Shown here: piece by piece, positions 24,968 through 35,955 of the stretch
How the letters are laid out: each line of letters begins with the position of its first letter
How positions within the stretch are numbered: position 1 is the first letter of the stretch
Source: Glaucostegus cemiculus
Lineage: Eukaryota
Reading direction: 5' to 3'
Length of the DNA: 64,000 nt
Assembly (NCBI GenBank): GCA_976551045.1
Contig: CDPCPM010000060.1
Span: 4,712,001-4,776,000 of the forward strand
The notes under the pieces: model-generated
Databases searched by the model: none
Seen by the model: the letters and a program-made list of their open reading frames with translations, nothing else
Told to the model about the DNA's origin: nothing
Position numbers and translations under genes: made by a program

Positions 24968-25840
24968 TATAGTTCTACATAGTTCAGATAGAGCTCATTT
25001 GGAAGAATATCTTGGTCATAGAAAGTGCTGCACAAATTCACCTAAATGACCACAGGACAGCTCAGGAGGACAAACTGCATAGACTATTTTCATTCTTCTC
25101 TAAATCACAGGAAACTTACGAGGAATATACTTCAAGTGTCATTGATGGAAGAATTTGATTCAGTAATAGAAATTATGTCCTCTCGTCAGTGGTGTTTTAG
25201 GTGGTGGTGCAGAGTTGATATCAAGGAAATACAAAATTGGAGGATTGGGCTATATGGGGGTTCTATCAGAATACACTTTTACCACAAGACAGATCATTTG
25301 AAAATTCTAACCCTATAATTATCTATCTTTGTTAGACAAGGTCATTAAGGATCCAGTTATCAAGTCAGTTTGGGAAATAGGGTACTTACCAGGCATCACC
25401 TGGTGGGATAATAGAATGTAGCCTGAGCCAATTAACAAATAGCCAACATAACTACTAAGGATCCAACACTAATGTGGCATCCCCATACCTTCAACTGCAG
25501 ATACATGGCAAACAGTGGCAAAGCAAAAGCCAAACCTTCTTACTTTGCACAGCGAGGCAGAGTCAGTGAAATGGGGACTGTTAGTGCTGTGTTCCATAAT
25601 TAACAGGCTTCACCCATCATAAAGCTAATTTATCAGTGGCAGAACCAAGGCTAGTGGTACAATCTTTTGAGGACAGGGACAAGACAAAATACTTTAAGAA
25701 ATACAGCTTTTGTTATTTTGTTCTTCATTAAGATACAAACTTTGTGTGGATTTAACATCTGAACATTTTTATTAACCAACAGCAGACAGCTTGCTTTCCC
25801 TCTCTTTTTACAGCCACTTCCTGTTCCCCCATGTCAGGTT

Positions 25841-25866
25841 GCATTGCCTACTGGGAACTGTAGTTC
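25841..25866 (-). promoter_or_regulatory. ZNF143/Staf (SBS) + ACTACA composite motif
   Basis: The minus strand reads GAACTACAGTTCCCAGTAGGCAATGC, matching ACTACAnnTCCCAGnAnGCAnTGC; an ETS core CACTTCCTGT lies at 25815-25824. Motif match only. Confidence 0.45.
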
Positions 25867-28800
25867 TTTATTATAACTACATAATAACACAGCTTTGAAG
25901 ATGTATCTGTCACTGGTGTTGGAGTAAACTCAGGCATGGAATGCAGACACACCCTCATTCAAATACCTGAAAAGAATTAAGAAGTTGGTTGCAAAAGATC
26001 ATAAAGGATTTTGATCTCAAAAACTTTGGTTTCGTTTCCACTTCATTGGGTAGAGACAGAATTAAATAGGCAAAGCAATGAACAATACAGACCCAATGCA
26101 GGCAAATGGGATTGGTGTAGATGGGGAAAAAGGTCAGTATGGATATGTTCTGCTGAAAGGCTTGATTCGGTGCTGGACAACTCAATGACTCTAAAATAGA
26201 CCTGGGGAAAATTGAATGACTGATGTACAAGATTACATGATGCAGGTTGTGGAGTTTGAGGGATACAAGTCTATATCCAGGTAGGCAAGTGAAAAAGGTT
26301 GGTTGCAAAGAGAATGCATTTCATCAGGGCCAAGCACTGGAAGATGAAAAATGCAAAAGTGTTAGTCAGTCTTGATGAATCATTCGATATGGGAGTTAAA
26401 GCTTAGCTCAGCTAAGAACAGAATACCAAAATAAAAAAATCCATCTGTGGATTCAATCTGAGGCGAGCATTCAGGATGGAGCTAGAAATACAACCCGAGC
26501 CACACAATTTCATGTGAAGCAAAAGGCTCATGCCTTGCCAACCTTAAGTAAAAAGATGTTGTTTCACATCTTAGATGCGATACCCAGTAGGCGTAGATCA
26601 TAGAGTCAGAGTCCTACAGCACAGACACAGGCCCCTCAGCCCACCAAGGCCGCACCAACCACCATTTGCACTAATCCCCTTTAATTCACCTCAAGATACC
26701 ATTATCACCCACACCCACCAATTCCAACACTCACTAACATACCAGGGCAAATTAGTGGCCAATTAACCTACCAACCCCCACCTTGCTGCAGTACCGCATC
26801 ACACAGAGGTGGTCTGGGGAAGGACTGAATGGACAAAACAAATTAAAATAAAATCACTGGAAATGGTAAAGCAGAGTGCCTGGTCAGTAGTGACTTTAAG
26901 TAGCAGTGGTAGAGGAGTTTTATAGCAGTAATGGGTGCTGTGGGTGGGACAGAACTGATGTACTTGAGTGAAAAATAGTAAGGAAAATAGTTGGCATTGT
27001 GAACATAGAAATAGGTGGCAATGGCCCATTTGGAAGAGGAGAGACAGAAGAGAAAAAGGTGATTCAATGGAAAGATCAAGAGCAGGCTTTTTGAGAAGTG
27101 AATGATGGCAACTAATAATGATACTCCCTTTAGTTCATCATCACTAAATGATTCTTAAATGACTTTCTCCTGTTGATTTTTTAGATTAACTGGAAATGTT
27201 TTACAACAGTCTTTTGTTTCTCAAGCACGTTGTGCAGATTAATCATTGTAACTGTAATTGTTTATAAATAGTGTAAACTGCTTACTATCAGTACCTCAGC
27301 TGGTAGTAATTGTAATTTGCCAATGATAATTACAAGTTAAAATGGCAGAAAATCATAAGGCCAGTAAGGAACCCATTAATGACAGTTGCTTGAACATATT
27401 TGCTTAGTTCTTACACTAAAATTCAAAATAAAAATAAAAACTAGATAACCGAGCTTCCTACCCCATAGAATCATGGAAGTATCTTCAGAAGGACTGCAGT
27501 GGTTCAATTAGGGATGGGTAAAAATATTAGCATTGCCCCCAACATCTAGATCCCAAAAATCAATTAAAAAGATCTGAGGGGTCAGACACTGCCTTGATTC
27601 TCATCTGAAAATTGGCACCTCTGAACCCTCGGCACTTCCTCAGTGCTGCATTGAGCTGTTAGCCCAAAGTAGAATTTGAACCCACAGTGTTTTGCACTGG
27701 AATCAATATTTCATTTATGGCCTTGACAGGAGGAACTCTCACCATTCCTCTTCCACTTCATTCTTTCTTCTGTTCCCTGGCATTTCATTATCATCTGGTG
27801 GCAAGGACTATTCCTTCATGATAGCAATGTTGTGCAGCCTATATTTCACTTCAAATCTTGAGATCTTCCTGATCAAGTACCACAGTTCTCCTCCAGTGTA
27901 GTCCAAGCAACAGAATCATTGCTTTATGACTGCTCTAATAGATTCCTTGTGGCAGCATGACTGTATACATGCTTGGTACATGTGCCAGAGTTGCATACTA
28001 AAGTTATGAACCCTTGTTGTCCTGTTGCCACCCATTGGTTTTCCCAAGTAAGTGCTGAAGTACAACTCGTATGGCAGACTGGTTGCAGGGTGAATGCATA
28101 CAGGGAGCTGGCATGAAGGCCAGGCATTGCCCTGCATGATACACTATCTACAATCACACATCAGATGCACATGAAGAGAATGAGATGACTTTCAGTTCAG
28201 CTTTATGACAGAGTTGATGCGAGGTGCATGCAAAACAATGTGCTTGTGCTCAGCAGTACCTTCCCCATGTTAGAGTTTCTAGTCTTTGCAAACCCTTGGG
28301 CTTGCTTTATCTGCTTCTTTCTAGATAAAACAAATGAACTAAAGTTATCTCCCTTTAAACATGGAGTCTCAGTGAAGCCCTTCTCCAACAGTGCATTGCA
28401 AACTCCAGGATTTTGCTAATGTCACCAGGGCCAACCTAAAGGAGCTTGGAATACAAGAGTTTATGTATGGATACATCTTTATTGAGCAGGATAAGGACTG
28501 CAGTCCTTGTGCTGAGGTTGCGACTGCAGCAATTGACAGACTTCAGTGACGAACTCCTTTATGAAGGGTCGACATCTCAAACACTGTCACTGAAGTTTGT
28601 TAGTGCATGGCGCTTCTATGTATGGATATCATCTTCTGCTGAAAGCCCTTCTCCTCCAACATCTAGCAGCTTCTCCTGCACTTCTCCCAGTCATTCCTTG
28701 CATATGAATGCATAATCATTCACCCATGTCTGGGAGCAGTAAGTTTGTGCAGAAACCTTTTAGTGAGCAGAAGCCCTTCAGCACTTCATACATTCAACCT

Positions 28801-30944
28801 GTAAGTGGTCAGGGAAGGATCCTGATGCAGTGATGAGTTTCATCAGGAATGTGGAGAATCAAAATTGCTAGAACCAACAGAAAACCATTAAAGTGGCCTG
28901 CTCAGTCCATACACTTCAGCAGACATCAACCCATTTACCAATATGTCGTTCATGGCAATTCATACCAGGAGCATGTGCTTACAACACAAATGCCATACAA
29001 AAAAAACAAAACAGACTTCTGAGTGCCCAGTTCCTCAATCCAACAGTTATAGACATACCCAAGTTATACATAATGATCTATTTCACCTATAATCATAGCT
29101 TTAAATACTCAGAATCAACATCTCTCTTCAAATGCATTTTTATTCAAATCATGTATCTCAATCTCTGTAGAACACTTGATCTTGGACTGAAAGTCGTATT
29201 CAGACATCACAAATTTCCCAGTTCTTTGGGGATTTGGACATGAATTTTCATGCCTTCTGCCCATTGAATTTGAAAAGAACTTTGTAGAGTTTATGTGTTA
29301 AAGAAGGTAAATTGAGCCACTGAAAACAGTCACCTTAATATAAGGTGGTATGTGAGATAAAACATAATTGCTGTCTCCACTGTATCATGCAGACTGTAGG
29401 TGCAAGAACCTGGAGCCCACCTCCACAGTCATCAACTAACACCAATGCCAGCCTTTTATAGTTATTTCAAAATGCTGAGGAATACCTGAGGGCAGAATGC
29501 CAAAATAGTGACTGCAACCCTGTGGCCAAGTTTAGTTGTGCTGGGACCCCTGTATGAGAAATTAGTTAAATTATTAAATAGAGGAGTGAAATAACATTTG
29601 TGATCTTCTCCCTTCTTAAGGCCATCTAAGGACAGATCTCAACTGGTTAACCTGTAAGAGCAGTGAAATGCTCCCCACAGATCAATAGAATTCTGTGCAG
29701 CTAGACATGATGCACTTAACTGATCTGTGCACTGACTCTTAATTACACTGTTTTTTTTAAATAGTAAAAAAAATCTTATGCCTTTCAGTCAGTGAACCTT
29801 TGCATAATAATTCTTAATTGTGAAGTATGGGCCTTGATTTTCACAAAGAAAGGGGTGAAAGCCCAAGAGCAGTGCTCAAGTCTGGCAAGGAGGCTTAATG
29901 CAAAGCTTCCTTTGAACTAGTCCATATACAGAATCCCACAGGACAACCAACATGTGCTTTAGCAGCAAACACCACACCTAGGGCCCAGTGTCAATAGCCT
30001 TCAGTATAACAGGGGATGGAAAGCTCAGGCCACCAGTACTAGTGGAGGGAAGGGTTCCATGGATGGAGGGAGATGTCTCTGGCCAAGAGTGGGAGGGAGA
30101 TACCCTAGTGCAAGCAATGCCCAGGGTGCCTTTAAGAGTCCTGGATGAACAATCGCACAAAAAAATCCAAAAGTAAACTTAAAGACAACTCGCAGGATCT
30201 ATTTTGTCCCAGGCATTAGTTCTCCATGGGTTTTCCTGACCACGGGACCAACATTCACCAGATTGGGTCCCCGATAACATTACTGGCCAGGGTTTGCTGT
30301 GCTTCTAGCTTCCAGGACAATCCTAGTTACTTCCTGCAGCTGTTCTGATTTAGAGTCCGGCCATGATGGGAAGGCAATGGAATCAGGGAGGGAAGTGAAT
30401 CATTAAAATTTACCCAACCTCCTATAACCTGACTTCCAAAAGATGAATAAAGTTAAAGTTGTGACTTGAAATTAAATGGATGAATGTTTTTGCATTCTCA
30501 GAATCACAGCAATCAGTCCCATCTTTAATGTTCAATTTTGCAAGATGGCTCCCAATTTCCTCCCTTCTATTTGTACTGTGGAATACCCAGGCATGTATTA
30601 ATACCAACCCCTGTGATTTGGATTAAATGATCGCATCTTTCACTGTTATCCTTGCACAAGCAAAGGAGCTTGATGAATCACATATGATTACGTAAACAGA
30701 TGGATAAGTCACAATCAGAATCACTTGCTTCCAACAGTATCAGGTATCAACAGGTTCTTTTTGAATCATATAATGGTAACACACAGAAAGAGCCATTCAG
30801 CTTCTCATGCCCGCACTACTGCTTTTTGAAGAACAATTTAATTGACCCCACACGCCCCCCACTATTTTTACCCCCAAATCCCTCTAAAGTTTTCTACTTT
30901 ATGTCCCCAACTCCCTTTTGAATGCCTGCACTAAACTCAAATCC

Positions 30945-31220
30945 AGCATGTAGCAGATAGCGTAACGTTATTACAGCACCAGAGATCCTGGTTCAATTCC
31001 CACCACTGTCTGTAAGGGGTTTGTAAGTTCTCCCCGTGTCTGTGTGGGCTTCCTCCCACATTCCAAAGATGTACAGGTTAGGAAGTTGTGGGCATGCTAT
31101 GTTGGCACCAGAAGCGTGGCAACACTTGCAGGCTGCCCCCCAGAACACTCTACGCAAAAGATGCATTTCACTGTGTGTTTCGATGTTCATGTGACAAATA
31201 AAGAAGTCTTATCTTATCTT
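30945..31220 (+). mobile_element. tRNA-derived V-SINE (HE1-like), second copy
   Basis: B box GGTTCAATTCC, V-domain, AATAAA and (TCTTA)n tail; same family as 23614-23907. Confidence 0.9.
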
Positions 31221-32563
31221 AATGCACTGAAAATCCTAAACAATCTTCCATAAGTTTTTTTTTTCCCTTTAATCACCCTGGTTCTTTGCCAGTTGACTTA
31301 AATTTATACTGACTCGTTATTCAATTTTTATAAACTGGATAAAGCCACTCTTCATTTTGTCTATTTTTAAACACCTGGATCAAGTCACCCGAGTCTTCTG
31401 TGCTGCAAAGACAGCCCCAGCCTCTCCATTTTATGTGTGTAAAAGTAATTCACATCTCGAGCCATTCTGGTAAATCTCTCCTCCACGCTTTCCTAAGCTG
31501 GTGGCCAGAACTGGATACCATACTCCAGCTGGGCAGAGTTAGTGTTTTATCTTGCTCAATTTAAACCACACTTTGATCACCCCTCTCCTATCTTCAATTT
31601 TTCTGGCAGCCCTTTACTGTTTGGCTGCCACTCAATTCTTGCTGATCTCTGGCTATTTTTAAAAGAGCAACATTAGTGCTAACTTTAAATCGAACCATCT
31701 CTGCCCATTGAATCCATGGGCCAAGATTGGTAATAAGTCTTGCTATATTCAAGTGAATTGAGTTGATGCAGCAACAATGAATATGACTGATCCCTGGACT
31801 TTCATTGGCTCCAAAGCACCAGTTCATACACTGTATATTAGAAAACAAATGCACATCTGCAAGCCATGATATCCTGCGAAGCTGATCCCCGAGAGTAGAA
31901 GTCAGCTTGAATACATAGTTAAAACCATTCAAAATGCAACAACCAATCCAAAAACCACATAACACCCAAAATTATAATTTTCTGGATATCAAAGCTGACT
32001 CAACTTGAACCTGACATATATGGTGAGGCTGAGGTTGGTTACCCTGGCATTCTGGCCAAAGAATTACAAGCTCCACACTGGCCTTGGCAATAGCTGGCAC
32101 TAGCCAGTAACGGTCTCAGTGTCACCTGGGGCAACACAACACATCTCTGCTTTGCTCAGAGTCCAACACTCTGCCCACCAACAGCTCGAGAAGCAGCATG
32201 GTGCACAGCCTTGTACCCAGCTCAAAGCAACCAAAAATTGCTCGACATGGGGAAGAGGTGATTGGGGCAAGGCTTCCCACCCAATGCAGGAACTCCTAAG
32301 CTCCAGCACTGCCTGTGCCCCTCCTCTCTGTCAAGTGTACAACTTTCCCAAAGTTATCCTGCATGTCAAGGTTGGCAGGTGGTCTCCTGAAACCCTCCCG
32401 GGCCTGCAACATGTAGGAGAATTTCAGGTAACTCTAATTTCTTCATGAGGTTACTGGTGAAGAGAATCTGTGAGGATATGATGACGTATTCATTTAGAAT
32501 CTCACTCATGTCCCCTTCATCCATGCATAGATCATCTCTCTGATCCCTGAGAAGATATATTCC

Positions 32564-33462
32564 TTGATGAAAAACACGATGATGCTGGAGGAACTCAGCA
32601 GGCCAAGCAACATCCATGGAGAAAAGCAGGCAGACAATGTTTCGAGTCAGGACCCTTCTTCAAGACTGAAGGTGTGAAAAGGAGAAGCCCAATATATAGA
32701 AGGGAAAAGCAGAGCAGTGATAGGTGGACAAAAGGGAGGAGGCGGGGTGGGCAAAAGGTGGTGATAGGTAGATGCAGGTAAGAGATAGTGATAGGTGGGT
32801 GTGGGGGAGGAGTGGAGACCAGATCCACTGGGAGATGGGTCAAGAGGTAAGGAGAGAAAAGGGGAAAAAAAGGCTAGGGAAGGGAAGAAGAGAAGCATGG
32901 GGGGGGGGGAAAGAGGAGAGGAGAGGAGAGGAGAGGAGGGGATGGGGGTGGGGTTTACCAGAAGTGAGAGAGTTCAACATTCATGCTGTTAGGTTGCAAG
33001 GTTCCAAGACAAAAAATGAGGTACTGTTCCTCATTTTCCACCTTGGAATATTGCAGACTAACAGCATGAATATTAAATTCCACCCAGTAATTCCCCCCAC
33101 CCCCCCCCCCAACATGCTTCTTCTCTGCTTCCCTTTCCTAGCCTCTCTCCTTACCTTTGACCCATCCCCCAGTGTATCTGCTCTCCCCTCCTCCCCCACC
33201 TATCACTTTCTCTTACCTGCATCTACTTATCACCACCTTGTGCCCACCCTTCCTCCCCTCTCTGTCCATCTATCACTGGTCTGCCTTTCCCTCCTATATA
33301 TTGGGTTTCCCCTATTCCTATCTTCAGTCCTGAAGAAGGGTCCTGACCTGAAACGTCGACCACTTGCTTTTCTCCACAGATGCTGCCTGGCCTGCTGAGT
33401 TCCTCCAGCATCATCATGTTTTTCACCTAGATTCCAGTATCTGCAGTCCTTTGTTTCTCTAG
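32564..33462. mobile_element. Penelope-like element derived fold-back (two inverted 3' ends) with a 10-bp TSD
   Basis: Arms 32568-33021 and 33029-33425 are reverse complements with indels. Both carry the GIY-YIG C-terminal peptide (EEQYLIFCLGTLQPNSMNVE on -, LIFHLGILQTNSMNIKF on +). GATATATTCC flanks both sides (32554-32563, 33463-33472) inside a minus-strand CR1 relic. Confidence 0.9.
33326..33361 (+). ncRNA. Minimal type I hammerhead ribozyme motif (PLE-associated)
   Basis: AGUC-CUGAAGA-AGGGUC-CU-GACCU-GAAA-CGUC-GAC: CUGANGA and GAAA cores, stem II, GUC cleavage triplet (after 33357), stem I GUC/GAC and palindromic ACGU stem III. Confidence 0.75.
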
Positions 33463-33509
33463 GATATATTCCATCCTTAACTTGTTTCTCGTAGGATCCT
33501 CATTGATTC

Positions 33510-34100
33510 TACTTGCCAAGGTCATTTCAAGAATGTAGGATTTCAGTACAAGAGCCTTGCTGAGACCATAATTGGAGTACGCTGTACAGTTTTGGTCTCC
33601 ATACTTAGAGGATATACTGCTTGTAGAGAGACTGCAACAAAGATTCATTAGATAGGTTCTAGAGTTGGCAGGTTTGCCATACAAAGAGAGATTGAGCAAA
33701 TTAGGCCTTTGTTCTCAGGAGTTCGGAAGAATGAGATGAAATCTTATTGAAACTTACAAAATTCTTACAAGGCTCAGCAGGCTGGATGCAGGAAGGATGT
33801 TTGCCTTGGTTGAAAAGTCTAGAAACAGGTATCACTACCATAGAATATGGGGTAGGCTATTTAGCACCAAGGTAAAGATTAATTTCTTCATCATAGGATG
33901 GTAATGCAAAGAGTTCTGGAGGCTAAATCACAGAGTTCATTCAAAAGTAGAAATCAATAAATTTCTGGATGTTAAGGGAATCAAAGGATAGGGTGACAGT
34001 GCAGGAAAATGGCATTGAGATACAAGGTCAGCCATGATCTTGATAAATGGCGCAGGGTTGAACAGTCAACTGGCCTACTCCAGCTCTTATTATATTGTTC
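33510..34100 (+). mobile_element. Old CR1 3' fragment
   Basis: YKSLAET/LEYAVQFWSPYLE-type RT C-terminus and the 3' UTR CAGCCATGATCTT...GGCCTACTCC. Confidence 0.75.
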
Positions 34101-35315
34101 TTGTAGCAAGAGTGGTACTCTTAAGCAAATAAGTAAAATCCAGCATAAACAGGAGGCTGTTATACACTGGTGCTTGGGTTTCACATAAAGGCTGTCTCCA
34201 GCACTTCCCTGAATAATGACGCAGAAGATTCAAGATAATCAAAGTTTAAAAGCTTTTGCCAAAATGGACATGATTATCACATCCAATCCAAGAAAAAATA
34301 AATTCTTCCTTGAGTACTGTCTGTTTGCATGGACTTGATATACTTGAGCACCAGGTCAACAGCTGCACTGCAGCAGACATCCAGCTGACAATTGGCTGTA
34401 TTACCATGGAAACACAGAGAGGAATGCTTTTGAAAGTATCCCAAACTATGCTATTAATCATTGAAATGGGCCAAAATTTCCATCCAACCAAATACAATGA
34501 AAAAGTTTAGATTTATGTCAACATAGATGTGCATGTGTTCATCTAGAGGCAAATTGTATTCAATTATTATTACAGGTATACTCAAGTAGCTCTTAAGAGA
34601 AAACAAAATATTTTAGAGTTATAGATGGTATGCAATCAGCAATGACCAGCCACGTGGAAGTGTATCTTGGAGCAGAAAGTATGCATGAAAGGTTCAAGTA
34701 TAATATTGCATAACCATAGTAGATGTTAGTCACACAAGTAACTTTACTTCATTCTTCAACAACATGAAAAAAAATTGAAGATACTGAGAGCATTATTGGC
34801 ATGACCCACAAAGAATTTAAGCTCAAGAAATCTGTGTGCCATTCACTGATAATATCAACACCTATTACATACAGAGGGAAATAAGCTGACTGCTTTGCAA
34901 GATCATTTTTAAAACATGGATGCTGCTGTGACTAATGCATGCCAGCAAATTGGAGCATTTTGACTGATTGACAGTGATTCATATTAGAACTACTTACATT
35001 CAGGTGTTGAAGGAAAGGATAATCCTGCACTGCAGTTCATAGCCTCCCTCCCACACTGGCCTCTCAGACTCCATAATCTAAACCTGCCCTGGATCTTGTG
35101 CACAAATACATTTGGTTCCCTCAGTCAAACAGTGCTCCTTGCTGCACTTTGTATCATTAATGCATATTTTCCAGATACCAGATTATAGCTAGGCCTCCTG
35201 TTATCCCATTTCCTCTGAATTTAGTATTCTCCTGTCCTTTCCATTACTTCCTTATAAATTCTTCTACCCCTCAATTCATGGTCTCCCTATTCATTAGACG
35301 TTAGTCAATAAGCAA

Positions 35316-35484
35316 GAGCAACACACAAAGGAGCTGGAGGAACTGGGGCCCAGTCCTGAAGAAGGGTCTCAAGCCAAAATTTCCCTGTCCATTTCCCTGT
35401 ATGGATGCTGCCTGACCTGCCAAGTTCCTCCAGCATTTAGTGAGTTGCTCCAGATTTCCATCATCTGCAGTCCCCTATCTCTCC
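35316..35484 (+). mobile_element. Miniature PLE-terminus fold-back with a degenerate hammerhead
   Basis: GAGCAACACACAAAGGAGCTGGAGGAACT is inverted to AGTTCCTCCAGCATTTAGTGAGTTGCTC; CAGTC-CTGAAGA-AGGGTC at 35351-35368; TCAATAA on both flanks. Confidence 0.75.
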
Positions 35485-35639
35485 ACTCAATAAATAAGGC
35501 TGATTTTAGCCACTTATTTTTGTTATACACATGTTACTTCACCCACATCCCATCACCATCTCCAAAGCCACCTTCTGTTTATTCCCACAGAAAACTTTAC
35601 CAAGTCATGTACAAATACTTCTGTACAGTTGCATAGGCT

Positions 35640-35955
35640 AAGCTTGTGTCTGCTGAAGTTTTGAAGACCAAGAGGGGACTGAATTGAAACATAAAATTTG
35701 ACAGGTCTAGACATGGTGGATGTGGAGAGGATATAGCTCAGTCTTCAGAACTCTTCTCCGAATGGCAGTGGAAGCAGAGTCTTTGAATATTTTTAAAGCA
35801 GAGATAAATTCTTGGTAAGTAGGAGGATGAAGACTACCAGAATATGCAGCAATGCAGAGTTGATGTTCTAATCAGATCATCTATGATCTTATTACATGTC
35901 AGAACAGGCTCAAGGGGCCAAGTGGCCTACTCTTGTTCATAATGCATATGCTTCT
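35640..35955 (+). mobile_element. Old CR1 3' fragment
   Basis: RGD*IET*...DRSRHGGCGE-like ORF2 end and the 3' UTR CAGGCTCAAGGGGCCAAGTGGCCTACTC. Confidence 0.65.

Larger units (their letters stand above)
23300..25420 (+). mobile_element. Cluster of old CR1 RT fragments, interrupted by a SINE and a short CR1 tail
   Basis: Decayed RT motifs: LKKVAMEIVD, HGFMKEQSCLTNL, VDVVYLNFKKFF, GTCCCACAGGGTC, WQMEFN. Confidence 0.7.

Noticed and set aside
31594-31965. 123-aa and other 60-150-aa ORFs in unique DNA (e.g. 51433-51879)
   Set aside because: Mostly non-ATG starts, composition typical of random AT-rich DNA, and no recognisable domains.
32772-33398. 208-aa ORF
   Set aside because: It runs through low-complexity purine and pyrimidine arms of the PLE fold-back; only a few GIY-YIG codons are real.
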